Below the pieces are notes generated by a model, which made no database searches, was not told the DNA's origin, and saw only the letters and a list, made by a program, of their open reading frames with translations. The position numbers and the translations under genes are program-made. Below are positions 1 through 11,028 of a stretch of DNA of 31,667 bases, in pieces. The stretch's first letter is position 1, and the number at the start of each line of letters is the position of its first letter. The stretch lies in assembly GCF_006345805.1 (NCBI RefSeq), contig NW_021832323.1, positions 1 through 31,667 of the forward strand, in the 5' to 3' direction. This stretch comes from Octopus sinensis (Eukaryota).

Positions 1-114
1 TATAATATATATATTATATATATATATATATATATACAGTATATATATATAACATATATATATATTATATATATATATATATAATATATTATAATATATA
101 TACACAATATATAT
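1..114. repeat. (TA)n microsatellite, imperfect
   Basis: Near-continuous TA dinucleotide run. Confidence 0.95.
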
Positions 115-1416
115 GATTTTGATTTTGATTTTTCCAGTATCAGCTCATGGTTTGGCCATGCTGGGGCACTGCCATTTGGTTTGCTACATGATTTTACCTC
201 ACGAGTGCTTTTAGCAACTGCCATTTGGTGCATGAGAGAGTTTGATGCAGCTGCCCTCATCTGCACCTCCTGCCGTGAAGTTGGTTCATCCGGGACACCT
301 GACAGGAAGAGATCCAGTCCTACTTAAAGACATCCGCATCTACCATGCAGGTCCCTCAGGTTCTTTGGGAGGATATTGAAGAGCTGTGGGCCTCTGAAGC
401 CCAGGCTATCACAGTATCTTGTCCTACATCTTGATGGCAAATTTTGGAGTCCTTGGTACCACGCAGTGGCGCCCGGTTCTGGCATTTGTGTGACTCTCGA
501 TGCCAAAGTTTGGGACAATTCCTTCCAGATATATATTATGGCATATCTTTCTCGTCTACGCTCCAAGGAATAGAGTTTTAATCTCTTGAGTCTTTCCCAG
601 TAGCTTATATGCTGCACAGTGGCTATCTTCTTCGTGTAGCTTCGTTGGATCGCCTCAAGTTCTGTGATCAACTTGACACTGGATGGTGACCATAGCTGAG
701 AGCAATAGTCAAAGTGGCTTAGGACAAGTGTCTTCCAGAGGACCATCATGGTTTCTTGTTCTCTTGTTCTAAAGGTTCTAAGAATCCATCCGGCCAGTCG
801 TCTATATTTCATTGCCAATTTAGCAACATGTACACGAAAGGTTGTGTCATCACTCATGTAAATACCCAGGTCACGCACTGATTGTGCCTCTGGGATTGCA
901 ATTCCTCCGGGTCCAGTGTATTCATTGCGTATTGCATTCAGTTTTGCATGCTGATAGTATAAAGCTTGAAACTTTTCAGCATTGAACTGCATGCTATTCT
1001 TTTCAGCCCACTTGTATATTTCGTCCAGCTCACATTGCAGGTGCTTAGTGTCTTCAGGGTTCTGTATTGCCTGTGAGACGTTTGTATCATCTACATAACT
1101 TGTGATCGTGGCTCTCTGCGTGGCTGAGGGCATGTCTGAGAGGGCCATTATGAACAGTAGTGGTCCCAGAACAGTGCCCTGTGGAACACCGCTCACTATT
1201 TGCGTGTTAATGGAAGTGGCTACTACCACCTGATTTTCAGAAAGTCATGAAGCCATTCTCCCAGTTTTCCAACTATGCTAAGATCACGCAGTTTGTGACA
1301 TATCATTCCATGATCGACTTTATCAAAGGCCTTTGCAAAGTCGAGATATATCACTTCGACATTTGAGTGGTTGAGCAGTCGTTTCAGCACCCAGTCATAG
1401 TGTTGTAGGAGCTGAG

Positions 1417-1419
<3 letters not shown>
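115..1419 (-). mobile_element. 5'-truncated CR1-clade LINE (ORF2 RT region to 3' tail)
   Basis: Minus-strand translation gives IYLDFAKAFDKVDH (1223-1419 frame), then after a frameshift GVPQGTVLGPLLF, YVDD, VRDLG, YCSQLWSP and LYSLERRRER (324-1229). The 3' end is a (AAAATC)n tail at ~115-133. Both ends abut (TA)n arrays. Confidence 0.92.
324..1229 (-). pseudogene. LINE reverse transcriptase remnant (RT C-terminal half, YVDD motif)
   Basis: 301-aa ORF with non-LTR RT motifs QGTVLGP and YVDD. No start or endonuclease domain, and frameshifted relative to the upstream piece. Confidence 0.88.
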
Positions 1420-1471
<52 letters not shown>

Positions 1472-1513
1472 ATATATAATATGCAATATATATATATATA
1501 TACAATATATATA
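1420..1513. repeat. (TA)n microsatellite
   Basis: TA run; it produces the IYIY stretch of ORF 1223-1486. Confidence 0.95.
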
Positions 1514-1514
1514 T

Positions 1515-1690
1515 ACTCTTTTACTCTTTTTACTGTTTTATGTGTTCAGTCATTTGACTATGTCCATGCTGGAGCACTGCCTTTAGTCGAGCAAATCGAC
1601 CCCAGGACTTATTCTTTGTAAGCCTAGTACTTATTCTATCGGTTCTTTTGCCGAACTGCTAAGTTACGGGGACGTAAACACACCAGCGTT
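1515..1690 (-). mobile_element. SINE, Octopus-type (3' portion)
   Basis: Body tttagtcgagcaaatcgaccccaggacttattc...gccgaactgctaagttacggggacgtaaacacacc with a (TTTTAC)n tail on the left; matches from memory an abundant octopus SINE. Confidence 0.75.
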
Positions 1691-1699
1691 CCTTTTTGT

Positions 1700-1939
1700 T
1701 TGTTTGTGCACATGTGTGTGGGTCAGTCTGTGTGTGCCTATGCATGCATGTATGTATGTATGTGTGTTTGTATGTATGCATGTATATGTATGTATATATG
1801 TGTGTGTGTGCATCTGTATGTATGTATCCTGTATATTCATGTGCTTACATGTCCGTGTTTGTGTATTTTCTATGTATGTGTGTGTGTGAGTGTTATGCAA
1901 CTATGTACCATGTTTGTAGTATGGATGGATGTGCATCTC

Positions 1940-1991
<52 letters not shown>

Positions 1992-2022
1992 TCTATATAT
2001 ATATATATGCATATATTATATA
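1700..2022. repeat. Compound (TG)n/(TGTA)n then (TA)n microsatellite
   Basis: Directly visible; accounts for ORFs 1664-2130. Confidence 0.9.
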
Positions 2023-2240
2023 GTTAATCCAAACATGAAAACACAAAGAAAAAACACAACAACGCGAGGACATGGAACAAGTATAGTATTATTGGACGCT
2101 CAGGAAAGAAGAAAAGAAGGATGGTTTTAACGTTTCGAGTGGAGCTCTTCGTCAGAAACATAGGAAAGGAAAAGATCCAAAGAAGAGAAGATGGAGGAAA
2201 AAAATCGCCAACGGTACACACGCAGTCACAATGCATACTT
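2021..2240 (-). mobile_element. Penelope-like element pseudo-LTR fragment
   Basis: Strand-biased AT-rich segment carrying a minimal hammerhead core (2124-2159) and ending in (TA)n. PLE assignment is inferred from the hammerhead association. Confidence 0.65.
2124..2159 (-). ncRNA. Minimal type I hammerhead ribozyme, core intact
   Basis: Minus strand reads GUUU-CUGACGA-A-GAG(cucca)CUC-GAAA-CGUUA-AAAC. Both core boxes are present, with a 3-bp stem II, palindromic AACGUU in place of stem III and a 3-4 bp stem I. Confidence 0.75.
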
Positions 2241-2264
2241 ATGTGGTGGTCGTGGTGGGCTTTG

Positions 2265-2313
2265 TATATTTTACCCCAGTGTCACTTTGATGGCATGCAC
2301 TGCTCTCTCACTC

Positions 2314-2352
<39 letters not shown>
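2265..2352 (+). mobile_element. Retroposon 3' end with (AAT)n tail
   Basis: ttaccccagtgtcactttgatggcatgcactgctctctcactc followed by about 13 AAT units. Confidence 0.55.
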
Positions 2353-2353
<1 letters not shown>

Positions 2354-3442
2354 GGAGGAGAAGAAGAAGAAGCCCTAATAATATATGTAAGAATAATATA
2401 TGCAAAAATACATACAACTAGAGACTATATCAAACAAAATGTCAAGTAAATTTAAAGACAACAACAAAGTAGGCTTATTAATTTCAGAGTAACTACAAGC
2501 TTTAATGTTAATACTTTTTGCATTGGCATGAACAAAGTAATGTAATTGAAGTGAAATAATTATGATGATAAATTGAAAATGGGTCGAATGTTTTGTTTGT
2601 CAGAAACTTATCTCATATTCAATAGTGTGTAAGCTGATTTCTAAATAAGAGATACCATTAGGTGAGCATTTAAATTTGTTTTTTGTTCTGTAATGTAGAT
2701 AAGACAAGTTTTTCTTGGATAGGATGTTGAACTTGCATGTAGCAGAAGAAATTGAACTCAGTTGTATTTAGTTTATTATGTATTGGCAATTTGCAAATGC
2801 TGGTGTTGTTGGTTAAAAGCTTTCAATGGATTAGTCACTGATTCACAAATCTCGGATGGTGGCAGTAACAAGAAAGTATCCCCATTATAATCAGTTTCTT
2901 ACTGATGTTTATAGTCATTGTTTAATATACATAAGGACAAAAATTCACACATGCAACAAGATCAACTACAACACACATTTATGATGGGCTTCCACACTGG
3001 TTCGATATGTTTAAATCACTTGTAATGTATTAGTTGACCCAATACTGATAGAAGACATTTGCTCAATGTGCCCTGCACATTAAGCAAAGGGTAGAATTAG
3101 GTAGATGGAAACTTAAAACCCATTGTGTGTGTGTGTGTGCTGTTTTTGTTTTATACGTGCATTCTTTCCTGGTGTATTAAAACATCAGTTAGAAACTGAA
3201 TAAAATGCTGACATCCCTTTGTTAATTTCACCATTTGAAATGTAATGAACTAGCTATTAGAAGTCTACAATCACTGGCTTCTAGGTTTGAGATCAAATCT
3301 TGAACCATGCTTGAACCATATAGTTCTAAAGCTTACTTGTAAACTAAACAACTATGCCTGCTCAAAGAAAGTTTAGAGCTTGAACCCTTGTGAAGAAATA
3401 TATGTTGGCAGCATATTTCTGAAAGAATAAGCAAACAATTCC

Positions 3443-3772
3443 TTTTACTTTTTACTTTTTGCTTGTTTCAATCAATGCACTGCAGCAACGTTTAGATTCT
3501 GTATTGAAGGATTTAATCAAACAAATTAACCTCAGTATTTTTTTTAAAGTCTGGTAATAATTCTTTTGATATTTTGCACACACACATACACACTCAACAG
3601 GCTTCCACACAGTTTCTGTCTTCCAAATTCACTCACAAGGCATTTATTGACTTTGTGCTATTCTAGAAGATGCTTGCCCAAGGCCCCATACTGTAGGACT
3701 GAAGCCAAAAATGCATGGTTGCAAAGCAAGCATCTTAACCACACAGCTATGCCTGTACCTGAATTTTACTTT
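3443..3772 (-). mobile_element. Degenerate tRNA-derived SINE
   Basis: (TTTTTAC)n tail at left, similar to 1515-1690. The right part is the reverse complement of the head family seen at 28238-28375. Confidence 0.6.
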
Positions 3773-4159
3773 GATACAAGCCAGACATTTTGTGGTCAAT
3801 TTAATTGCCACCATTACATTATTGGTACTTACTGGTATTTATCGATTCTGAAAGTACAAACTACAAAATCAACTCTAATGATATTAGATCAAAGAATATA
3901 AAAGGACATAAATAAATCTCTCAATCATTGTATCCAGCACACTATCAATTCTGCTGTCACATATATTGTTTTGAAATTAATCATTGTTGTGTTGAGTTGG
4001 CTAATTCTTCAGTTATATTTTTGATATTCCATGAAATCTGAAGAAGCCATTATATGAGAAAGTTATAAGAACAAATAAAGGGAAATGGTTCAGTTGGAAA
4101 TTAAAACAATATCCAGATGCTTAACTCCCCATTACAATGCAGGTACAAGTAAAATAATA

Positions 4160-4800
4160 ATTATTTCTAACAAAGGTACAAAGTCACATACCTTAGGGAA
4201 GGGAACTTAACTGTTACTTATTTTATTGACCCTACAAAGATGAAAGACAAAATTATCTATTACAGGATTTGAACTCAGAAAATGAAGGGATGTAATTAAA
4301 TACCATTTGAATTTGTCCAGTGCACTACTGATATTGCCATTTATCATTTTTACTTAAATGACAATAATAATAATCCTTTCTTCTATAGGCACAAGGCCTG
4401 AAGTTTTTGTGGAGTGGGGAGGGCTGGTCAATTTCATTGACCCCAGTACTTGACTAGTACTTACTTTATTGACTTTGAAGAGATGGAAGACAAAGTTGAC
4501 CTCAACAGAATTTGAATTCAGAACGTAAAGACAGGTGAAATGCTGCTAAGCATTTTGTCCAACATGCTAACAATTCTGCCAGCTTGCTGTCTTAATGACA
4601 ATAATGATAATACTTTTTACTGAAATTTGGTGGGAGTCAATTAGATCAATCCCAGTACACAGCTGGTACTTAATTTATCGACCCCAAAAGGATGAAAGGC
4701 AACGTTGACCTTGGCAGAATTTGAACTCAGAACATAGCGGCAGGCGAAATACCACTAAGCATTTCGTCCAGTGTGCTAACATTTCTGCCAGCTTGCCGCT
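4160..4800 (-). mobile_element. Three tandem copies of a tRNA-derived SINE
   Basis: Copies at ~4160-4350, 4375-4591 and 4612-4800 share ttattgaccc...gatgaaag.caaagttgacct...gaatttgaactcaga. The reverse strand shows A-box-like (gcaagctggcagaaatgttagc) and B-box-like (gagttcaaattc) motifs. Confidence 0.85.
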
Positions 4801-5386
4801 TTAATGACAATAATGATAATGACTTCTTATAAGCAGTAAACTCAGAAATACACATTGTAGGGTTGGGGGAATCTGATTACACCAATTACTACCAATTCTG
4901 TAATTATTGCAACACCTAATATACAATGGTATGCAGGATGTCATACTCGCCACTTCCTTTTATGTAGCAGCTCTATTCCAGCTATTCTCAATGGATTCTA
5001 CAAGCAATATGCCAGACCAAGATAGCAGCAAGCTGCTTTGCATTTACAACTGACTATCAAGCCAAAAAATAAAAAAACAAAAAAATTAGCTTCCGGTTTT
5101 CACGCCCAGTAGACATTTTGAGTTGAACTTTTTTTTTGTTTAGTTTAGTTTGGCTAAGTGCCATCCTCTCTAAAAATTCTTCTTCTCATTCTTTGGGATT
5201 TGGAATATGACCAAACTTATCTCGCCATGTTATCTATAAGTATTAATAATTATGAGCTTAGTTTTTTCTTCTAACAACACTCAAGTGTGTGTTGAAATTA
5301 ATAATAATGAAACCAGTGATCAATAAATTATTAGAATTACATGGTTTTCATAATTCTGTTCAATTACATGAAATTCCTTTCTTCAG

Positions 5387-5419
5387 TAGGTAATATATAT
5401 CATTCACCTGTGGCAGTGG
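5387..5419 (+). other. Candidate microexon (30 or 33 nt)
   Basis: Pyrimidine tract plus cag/tag tandem acceptor (5381-5389) and a GTGAGT donor at 5420. Both lengths are multiples of 3 and open in phase 1 (GNIYHSPVAV). Splice signals only, no homology support. Confidence 0.25.
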
Positions 5420-6314
5420 GTGAGTATATTCTTAATGGCAACTTTTAGTTACTCACTTCTAGGCTTCATCACTAATTCACAAACACTTTTAGGCTTCATC
5501 ACTAAATTGAATGTGGCTTTTTAGCAATGATGGCCCAGTCTTCAGTTACATTTCAAGATAAAATAATTGAAATTTGATTCATTAAAAAAGAATTACATCA
5601 AAATATGTGAGGTCAAAAAGAGGAAGGCAAAAAAATGACTTTGCTTCAACATATCTGTTATTTTTTAAATAAATGTATGGATTAATTGAGTTTAGAAGAA
5701 TATGTTCATTGAGAAGAATCTTTCTGGTGAAAATCTCATGAAAAATGTATTTGCTAGGAAAACTAGTGTGGCTTTAAGTGCAAAAAAAAAACAAAAAAAA
5801 ATCAGTAAATAACCTCCAAAATTGACTCTGAATCAAAATATCTCAGCTATTGAAAAAGGAAACTATACAATAGTTGTCTTCAAATGAGTTCTATGAGATG
5901 AATCTTATGGTGAAGACCTATCAAAACCTATTAATCGCAAAAGAAGTGGTATGGCTGTAAGTCATGGAAAAATAAAAGGTGATCAATTTAACAGATGAAA
6001 ATATTTTTCTCTTTTTAAGGTGTTTAGCATCTGATGTCATGGGTTGCTTAGCTTAATAGTACAGAGCACTTAACTGGAGTTTGAAAACTACAGGGTTCAG
6101 TCTTCTGTAGCACCCTACTAGCCACTTTCCCCCATCCCCCACCATTTTTGAAGGGTATTTAGCCAATCTTCTAAACTGTTTTCACGGCTATACTGCATTC
6201 AGAATATACTGAATCTTATGGTGAAAATTTTGTCAAAATATATTTGCTACAAGAAAAGATATGCATCTTTAAGTGACAAAAAAAAAAGGGTGCTAATTTT
6301 AAGAAATTAAGATA

Positions 6315-7605
6315 CCATTAAAACCCATGTAATTTACGCACTTTTTTCACAAAATTAAAAATAAACCTTAGTGGAAGTGTAAATTACATAAGTAGATCAT
6401 ATCTAGAATTGTTTTGAAATTTCTTTTGTTGAAAAAGGATGTACAAAACATAAACATTCGTATCAGAAGTTGACTCATTTAATGGGTTTTAACAGAAAGT
6501 TGACTCATTTAATAGGTTTTAACCAATAAAAATAATGGCTTAAATATAAGGAAGTTGACTTTTATTTATGCTGGATGGTATAATGCTTACTTTTCCTGTA
6601 TAAATTTACTAAAACCATTAAACGGTTAACTACTTTTTGAAGTCTGACGTTCCTGCTGGTAAATATAGTCCAGGCCACCTTTTACATTGTTTTGGAGTTT
6701 CTACCTATCACAATGGAGCACCATTGACATACATAGTGATATGGAAATTCCTGACTAAGAAAAATGAAATAATATGGATAATCTTCATTGTATATTTTCT
6801 ATTTTTGTCTGTTTATTACTAGGCACAGTTTTAAGTTTGTCATCCTGTTTATGCCAATTTCAAACATTGGCTTCATTAACATTAAAATGCCTTCCGGCCA
6901 CATTCAAATGTATATTCAACATTTTTAATTTCTCCTTCACAGTAAATGATTCATAAGTTCTACCTATACTGACAATAATGGTAATGACAAATTTTTAAGG
7001 TTTCTTCACATTTTATAAGTGTGAAAGGATCAAAATTTCGATACTCTATATCAAAGGTTCTGACAAGAATAGGCAGAAAAGAATTCTGTTTACATAATAG
7101 GTTTGATCGGTCACCTTCCTCTGTCGGTCTAGTAAAGTGTCATCCAAGTTGATGTTTATTGGTAATTAAATTTAGTTTGCAACACTTATGCATATTTATC
7201 AGCTTTGTTTTTGTTGGTAATTCTTATCAACAACCTTTCTTGTGATCATGATTTGAGAAGACATATAGCAGTATGCTAAAGATCGGACATAATCTCTTGT
7301 GGGCAAGAAATATAAAATAAAGTTTGTTATGAACAACAAACACTTGGTAATTTAATTGCTTTCAGTGTGATGATACCTGTTAAACAGAAATTATTTTTAT
7401 TTAATGAAAATTTCATAAAATCTAATTATAAGTGAAATTATGCTAAATTTAACTAAATTGAAAACCTTTTCCCCCTGGCTATACTGGCATTTCTGAAAAC
7501 TTTTGGGTGTTAATTTTACATGAGTAGAAGCCTTTTTAACAAATTTTATCCTGAAAATCACCTGTGTAAATTACACAGGTGCACAAATTACATGTGTTTT
7601 TACAC
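6315..7605 (-). mobile_element. Degenerate, internally deleted pogo-like DNA transposon
   Basis: Decayed TIR pair ccattaaaacccatgtaatttacgcac (6315-6341) and gtgcacaaattacatgtgtttttacac (7579-7605), each flanked by TA. Minus 6963-6815 translates RTYESFTVKEKLKM...VAGRHFNVNEANV*NWHKQDDKL, resembling the N-terminal HTH of pogo transposases. Confidence 0.7.
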
Positions 7606-8021
7606 TATTTTTAACTTTTTAAGAGAAAGATAGCATAATTTGAACTCAAATTAAAGCATTCATAGAGAAAACCCCATCTAAAAATATTAAGCATAAAAAA
7701 TTTTTGTTTTTTTATTTGATTACTTATTAATTTTTATTGTTCTGTTTATGTATTAAAATATGTACTTATTTAAAACATATTAAAATAAAAAATTTCACTC
7801 ATTAAAAAAAATAATTATTAATCAATGAGAATATAAAATTATTTTATTATAAAAATTGCTTAAAGATATATTTATTTGTAACAGGTATGCTGCTGTTAAT
7901 CCTTTGTTATTTTTAGGTGCAAACAAAATTTCCCAGTTTGAACAAAATCTATATTTTAAAAATATTTACAAAAGTATAATTTTTTTCAATTATAAAGGTA
8001 AATATAATTAATTATAATGAT

Positions 8022-8750
8022 AGAGGTATTTCGTGTTGCAAGACAGTATGTGAGAGAGAATCGTGATGTGGTAGGAGAGAAATGTGTCTGCATGGATGAT
8101 GGTTCACTTGCGCTAAATGAGGATGCAAAGAGAGCGGTTTGGAGATGCCACTATGAAAGGTTGCTGAATAAAGAAAATGAATGGGATAAAGAGAGTCTGC
8201 CAAATGTCAACCCAACAGAGGGACCAGCCATCCAAGTTGACAGTTCCAAGGTAGTTAAGGCAATTAGAAGCATGAAGACAGGGAAAGCCCCAGGCCCATC
8301 AGGAATTACTGCAGAGATGCTCAAAATATCTGGCAGTGTCGGCTATAACCTAGTCACCCATATAGTTAACCAGGTGATACACGAAGGAGTCATACACAAT
8401 GACTGGTGTAGCAGCATACTAGTCAACTGCTACAAAGGTAAAGGAGACACCCTAGATACAAATAATTACAGAGGTATCAAGCTGTTGGATCAGGTAATGA
8501 AGGTTACAGAGAGGGTCATAGCCCAACTGATTAGGGAGAGAGTCAACTTGGACGAGATGCTGTTTGGTTTCATGCCAGGGAAAAGCACCACTGATGCCAT
8601 ATTTCTGGTGAGACAGCTGCAGGTGAAATACCTAGCCAAAGATAAGCCCCTGTACCTGGCTTTCGTTGACATGGAGAAAGCCTTTGACAGGGTCCCCCAA
8701 TCCCTTATCTGGTGGTCAATGAGGAAACTAGGGATAGATGAATGGCTGGT
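8022..8750 (+). mobile_element. RTE-clade LINE internal fragment (start of RT)
   Basis: ORF 8017-8796 contains MKTGKAPGPSGI, YKGKGD...NYRGIKLL, FGFMPGKSTTDAIF and FVDMEKAFDRVP. Homology stops after GIDEWLV and both ends are truncated. Confidence 0.92.
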
Positions 8751-9166
8751 GAGTAGAATGCATCGGGTCATGCCAGGTCCAGTTTTTAAAATTTAAACTC
8801 CAATTAAGCAAAATTTACAGAAAACTCACATTCTGGTGTGTATGTCAAATACTTTTCTTAGTCTGGTTTACAGCACACGCAAACGCACACACACAGTGTG
8901 CAACGAATAAACTGAAACTAATTCACTGTCTGTGTGTTGACAGGTAGACAATAGAATGCGATGGCGATGTAATATTTGTTTCTGTCTATCACGCTGATAG
9001 ATACATGAGTAAAATGTATGGCAAGCTAAGAGATAAGTGTGAGTGAAAATGTTCTTGGAAGAGAGTAAATAGCGACAGAGTGATTTGAGGAAGACTAAAC
9101 TGAAAGTATGAAACAGTGTTTATGTATAAATAGACGACACTTATATATAGTTATGTATGCATCCGT

Positions 9167-9494
9167 TTAACCCTTTCGTTACCAAACCGCCCGAATTTAC
9201 CTATTCATATTTAAATGAGAATATCAGAGTAAATCTCTTTAGTACATTCATGAAAACACGTATTATACTTCGTAAACAGTTCAACTACAGTTTTGTACAA
9301 AAATCGAAGTGTAATTTTAATTCCGTGAATTATGGGAGATTTTTTTCCGAAATTTGTTCCTATTGTGTTTTCAAAATTTGTAATTCTGACAAAAAATGGA
9401 TACGAATTCATTATATCAAGCAGCGAGTCAGAATTCGAAGGATTTTCTACTGAAGACCTTCATAAATCTAACTCTATGACTGAAAAAAAAAGCA
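9167..9494 (+). mobile_element. Possible piggyBac-like non-autonomous element, one terminus only
   Basis: TTAA followed by CCCTTTCGTTACC at 9167. No matching right terminus found. Confidence 0.35.
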
Positions 9495-9890
9495 TCTTTA
9501 TATAAGAGTGAAGTTGTGTGTCTGTCTCCTACGATTTAGATTCGTAACTACTCCCACATTTTGCGGTGCAGTTTAACCAAAAGCGGGTATCTTATAGTCG
9601 TGATTCATATCGAGCCCTTCTGGGTATTAGCGCGTGTCTACGATGAGTCTACGATTTTAAAAAAATTTACCATCATATTTTTCCATTTTAATGCATTTTT
9701 TTCGCTTTTATATAAGGGAAGTAACTCTCTAAAAATATCTACGATGTGTCAACGATTTAAAAAAAAAATTTACCTTAATTTTTTTTCAATTTTTAATGCA
9801 TTTTTTTGCTATTTTTGGGCTATAACTCTCTAAAAATGCTTATATAGTTATTTCCCTTACAACCCGAGCAACGCCGGGCGATACTGCTAG
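9495..9890 (+). mobile_element. Non-autonomous Helitron (396 bp)
   Basis: Begins A|TC (9494/9495), ends CTAG|T (9890/9891) with no TSD. Subterminal hairpin cccg-agcaacgc-cggg (9863-9878) and an internal duplicated block (ctacgat...aaaaatttacc...ttttaatgcatttttt...taactctctaaaaat). Confidence 0.85.
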
Positions 9891-9949
9891 TGTTTTCTAA
9901 TTTATATTATTTATTTATATCATTATGTAAATGTATATATATTTTTATA

Positions 9950-10440
9950 TGTATAAGAGTGTGAGTATATGCACTCATATGTATATGTATATGTTGTATT
10001 GTGGGTATATATGTAGACTGAGTTATATTACATAATCTCCGAAGAGGCCTTATGATATTTTTGTAAATGTCTCATTTATATCTATATATTGACCAACCAT
10101 AAAGGGCTAATATTGGTAAAATGAGACATACTTATCTACATGGCCAAAACAGCTGTAAGATGTAACCTATACTTATATTTATATTTACTTATATTTATAT
10201 TCTCTTTTATATATATTCTACTTATTATACTACATTACTCTTTTATGTACACTTTTTTATGTACATTCCTTTATGTACACTGATTTGTTCTGCTTTTTAT
10301 ATTTAACCCTACAGTCTCTTATGTGGTGGTTTAACAAAGTATTTGATTGAGTATTATCTGGTAATTGATATTTGATTTAGATGTATTTCTCCATTTTCTT
10401 ATCTTGTATTAGTAATTTGTGGTAAATCATTTTACCTTCG
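9950..10440 (+). mobile_element. PLE pseudo-LTR, same family as 29249-29538
   Basis: Hammerhead motif at 10035-10161. Downstream aagtatttgattgagtattatc...atttctccattttc aligns with aagtattgattgggtatcatc...gtttctccattctc at ~29465-29530. Confidence 0.65.
10035..10161 (+). ncRNA. Type I hammerhead with long stem II insertion, two core substitutions (probably inactive)
   Basis: AUCU-C[C]GAAGA-GGCC...GGCC-[A]AAA-C-AGCU-GUA-AGAU. Internal perfect 11-bp helix 10067-10077 with 10119-10129. Confidence 0.65.
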
Positions 10441-10482
10441 CCCATATAATACAGTAAATGAATTGATTGCATCGCAATCCTT

Positions 10483-10990
10483 AACATTTATGTATTAACT
10501 TTGTTGGGTACTTCACTAGCAGTATATATATGTTATCCCATGGAGGGTTGCATTTACAACCCCTATCTCAATTTGTATTTATATATATATAGAGAGAGAG
10601 ATTAGAGACAGGTATTCTCTGTATAGAATACACTTTGTAGTGCTCAAGAGATTTGAATTTGAGAAGGTAGAGGAGTAAATGTAAGGACAAGCAAGTTAGG
10701 TAAGTCAATTTTGTACATATGTACATTTTTTTGTATTAAATGTATTTAATATTTTCATAAAATTGACTTACCTAACTTGCTTGTCCTTACATTTACTCCT
10801 CTACCTTCTCAAATTCAAATCTCTTGAGCACTACAAAGTGTATTCTATACAGAGAATACCTGTCTCTAATCTCTCTCTCTCTATATATATATAAATACAA
10901 ATTGAGATAGGGGTTGTAAATGCAACCCTCCATGGGATAACATATATATACTGCTAGTGAAGTACCCAACAAAGTTAATACATAAATGTT
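10483..10990. repeat. Long near-perfect palindrome (230/232-bp arms, 46-bp spacer)
   Basis: 10483-10712 is the exact reverse complement of 10759-10990 apart from one extra CT/AG unit in an internal microsatellite. Confidence 0.97.
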
Positions 10991-11028
10991 TACGTATAAA
11001 AAAGTTTGAATTACACAGAATAGAAATG

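Noticed and set aside
1664-2130. ORFs rich in C/V/Y/M/H/T (also 15797-16021, 28377-28565)
   Set aside because: Translations of microsatellites.
3995-4090. CTGAAGA boxes on both strands in a weak inverted repeat
   Set aside because: Stem II and stem III cannot be built convincingly; too degenerate to count as a hammerhead.
4690-4800. A-box/B-box motifs suggesting tRNA genes (also 28238-28300)
   Set aside because: No cloverleaf could be built and they continue into SINE bodies.
7030-7330. Minus-strand CKQNSFLPILVRTF resembling an L2/CR1 ORF2 terminus inside the pogo element
   Set aside because: Match is about 14 aa with no supporting upstream motifs.
7885-7975. Splice-like signals and a short open frame (GANKISQFEQNLYFKNIYK); also a cag|gtatgt donor at ~16391
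   Set aside because: Weak or missing partner sites and no recognisable protein.
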